The notes below the pieces were generated by a model. It searched no databases. It was not told the origin of the DNA and saw only the letters and a program-made list of their open reading frames with translations. A stretch of DNA of 63,914 nucleotides, filler included. It is 7 parts of 7 records of this genome, joined end to end, with 100 filler letters (N's around TTAATTAATTAA, not from the genome) between each part and the next. Parts side by side here need not be neighbours in the genome. Positions count along the whole stretch, not along the records: positions 58,262 to 63,914 come from SRR31147125_2519; 6 more parts are not named here. The stretch is one strand, 5' to 3'. Shown here in pieces: positions 63,055 to 63,914 of the stretch (positions are counted from its first letter, which is position 1; every line of letters begins with the position of its first letter). The position numbers and the translations under genes were made by a program.

Positions 63055-63899
63055 ATGAAATTTCCGGTAATTTTATTTTTCGTTCTCATACTCCTGGCTC
63101 CCCATTCAGCCCTTGCGCTGGAAATGCTCTCTGTTTCACCGCAAAAAACCGAGCCTGGCCAGACCGTTCGTGTAACAGGAGGTCCTTTTGATGGGAACGT
63201 CAGGATTTTCATCGGAGATCAGACGGTTGAACCCCTCTCTGTTCTGGAAAGAGAAATCCTGTTCAAAGTACCGGATCTGTCCGAAGGAGAATATCTTCTT
63301 TTTCTTCGTAGCGACGATGAGGACTCTAGGGCTTTTAGACTGGAAGTTGTGGAAAAACCACCTGTAATTTATTCTTTGACCCCATCGGTTGTGGACATGT
63401 GCACTGCCGACATGCAATCCCGGTTTGAAATCCAGGGTGAGAATTTCAAACGCGGCGCAATCCTGCTTTTGGACGGCACGGTTGTTCCATCGGTCCGCCA
63501 AAGCGCCCAAACCCTCACCCTCATCCCTCCGTTTCTCAAGGGCGGAGTCCATCAGATCCAGGCCGTTAACCCCAGTGGTCGGCAATCTCTTCCCCAGGCC
63601 CTCCTCGTCAACGATCAACCCGAAATATTTTCGGTTTTTCAAGGTGAGGACAATGTCAATTCCTATGAGCTGGTTGTACAAGGAAAAATTTTCTAGCTAA
63701 TTCGAAGCTCCTGGTGGACGGCCGTTCAATTCGCAATGTGTCTGGAATCCCAGGCCAGACAGGAATTGTCCGCTATGTTGACTGCAACACATTAATTTAC
63801 GTGCGCTACCCTTACAGTCGGGAACTTAAACAGGTATCTCTTCGGATTGTTAATCCCAACGGCAAGCAGTCACCTCCTTTATCAGTCACTATTCCCTGA
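63055..63899 (+). CDS. Secreted IPT/TIG (Ig-like) repeat protein (frameshift at A5, 63684-63688)
   Basis: Signal peptide; three beta-rich units 'VRVTGGPF', 'EIQGENF', 'VVQGKNF' (last after +1 A); 'VNPSG/VNPNG.QS' repeats. Confidence 0.75.
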
Positions 63900-63914
63900 A
63901 TCAGGACATTTTTT

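Overview
This window is not one locus. It is seven unrelated metagenomic contigs joined by six identical 100-nt artificial spacers (N44-TTAATTAATTAA-N44). Taxonomic labels are inferred from recalled protein similarity and gene order. (1) 1-8572, Planctomycetota-like: GNAT, CxxCxxCC (YkgJ-like) protein, a 969-aa membrane protein with an apparently inactivated PHP-like domain, nusA (no rimP), infB (partial). (2) 8673-18861, Bacteroidota: creatininase end, S46 peptidase, rnhA, higA with a truncated higB, FAD/Fe-S oxidoreductase, psd, rnhB, GT4, flippase, HExxH membrane protein. (3) 18962-32055, Fusobacteriota-like: frr-uppS-cdsA-dxr-tmk-rseP, bioA behind a structured leader, and a TetR-TolC-MFP-RND efflux operon. 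(4) 32156-44943, Clostridia-like: two-component system, AraC-rhaB-rhaA-aldolase, a divergent rmlA-rmlB(in-frame TAG)-wecE trio, and LysR-DASS permease-TusA. (5) 45044-52483, Bacteroidota: carboxyltransferase, GH3/serine-hydrolase fusion, glycosyltransferase, TPR protein. (6) 52584-58161, Clostridia-like: GH31 alpha-xylosidase, YesMN-like system, sugar-binding protein. (7) 58262-63914, Desulfuromonadia-like: Na/Pi symporter, cNMP-binding protein, IHF, lptFG, IPT/TIG protein. Contigs 5-7 carry eight homopolymer frameshifts that are very probably sequencing errors. I saw no CRISPR array, tRNA, rRNA, transposase or phage gene. The best novelty candidates are the LysR-DASS-TusA module, the pseudo-PHP membrane protein with its Cys-cluster neighbour, and two unexplained structured intergenic elements.
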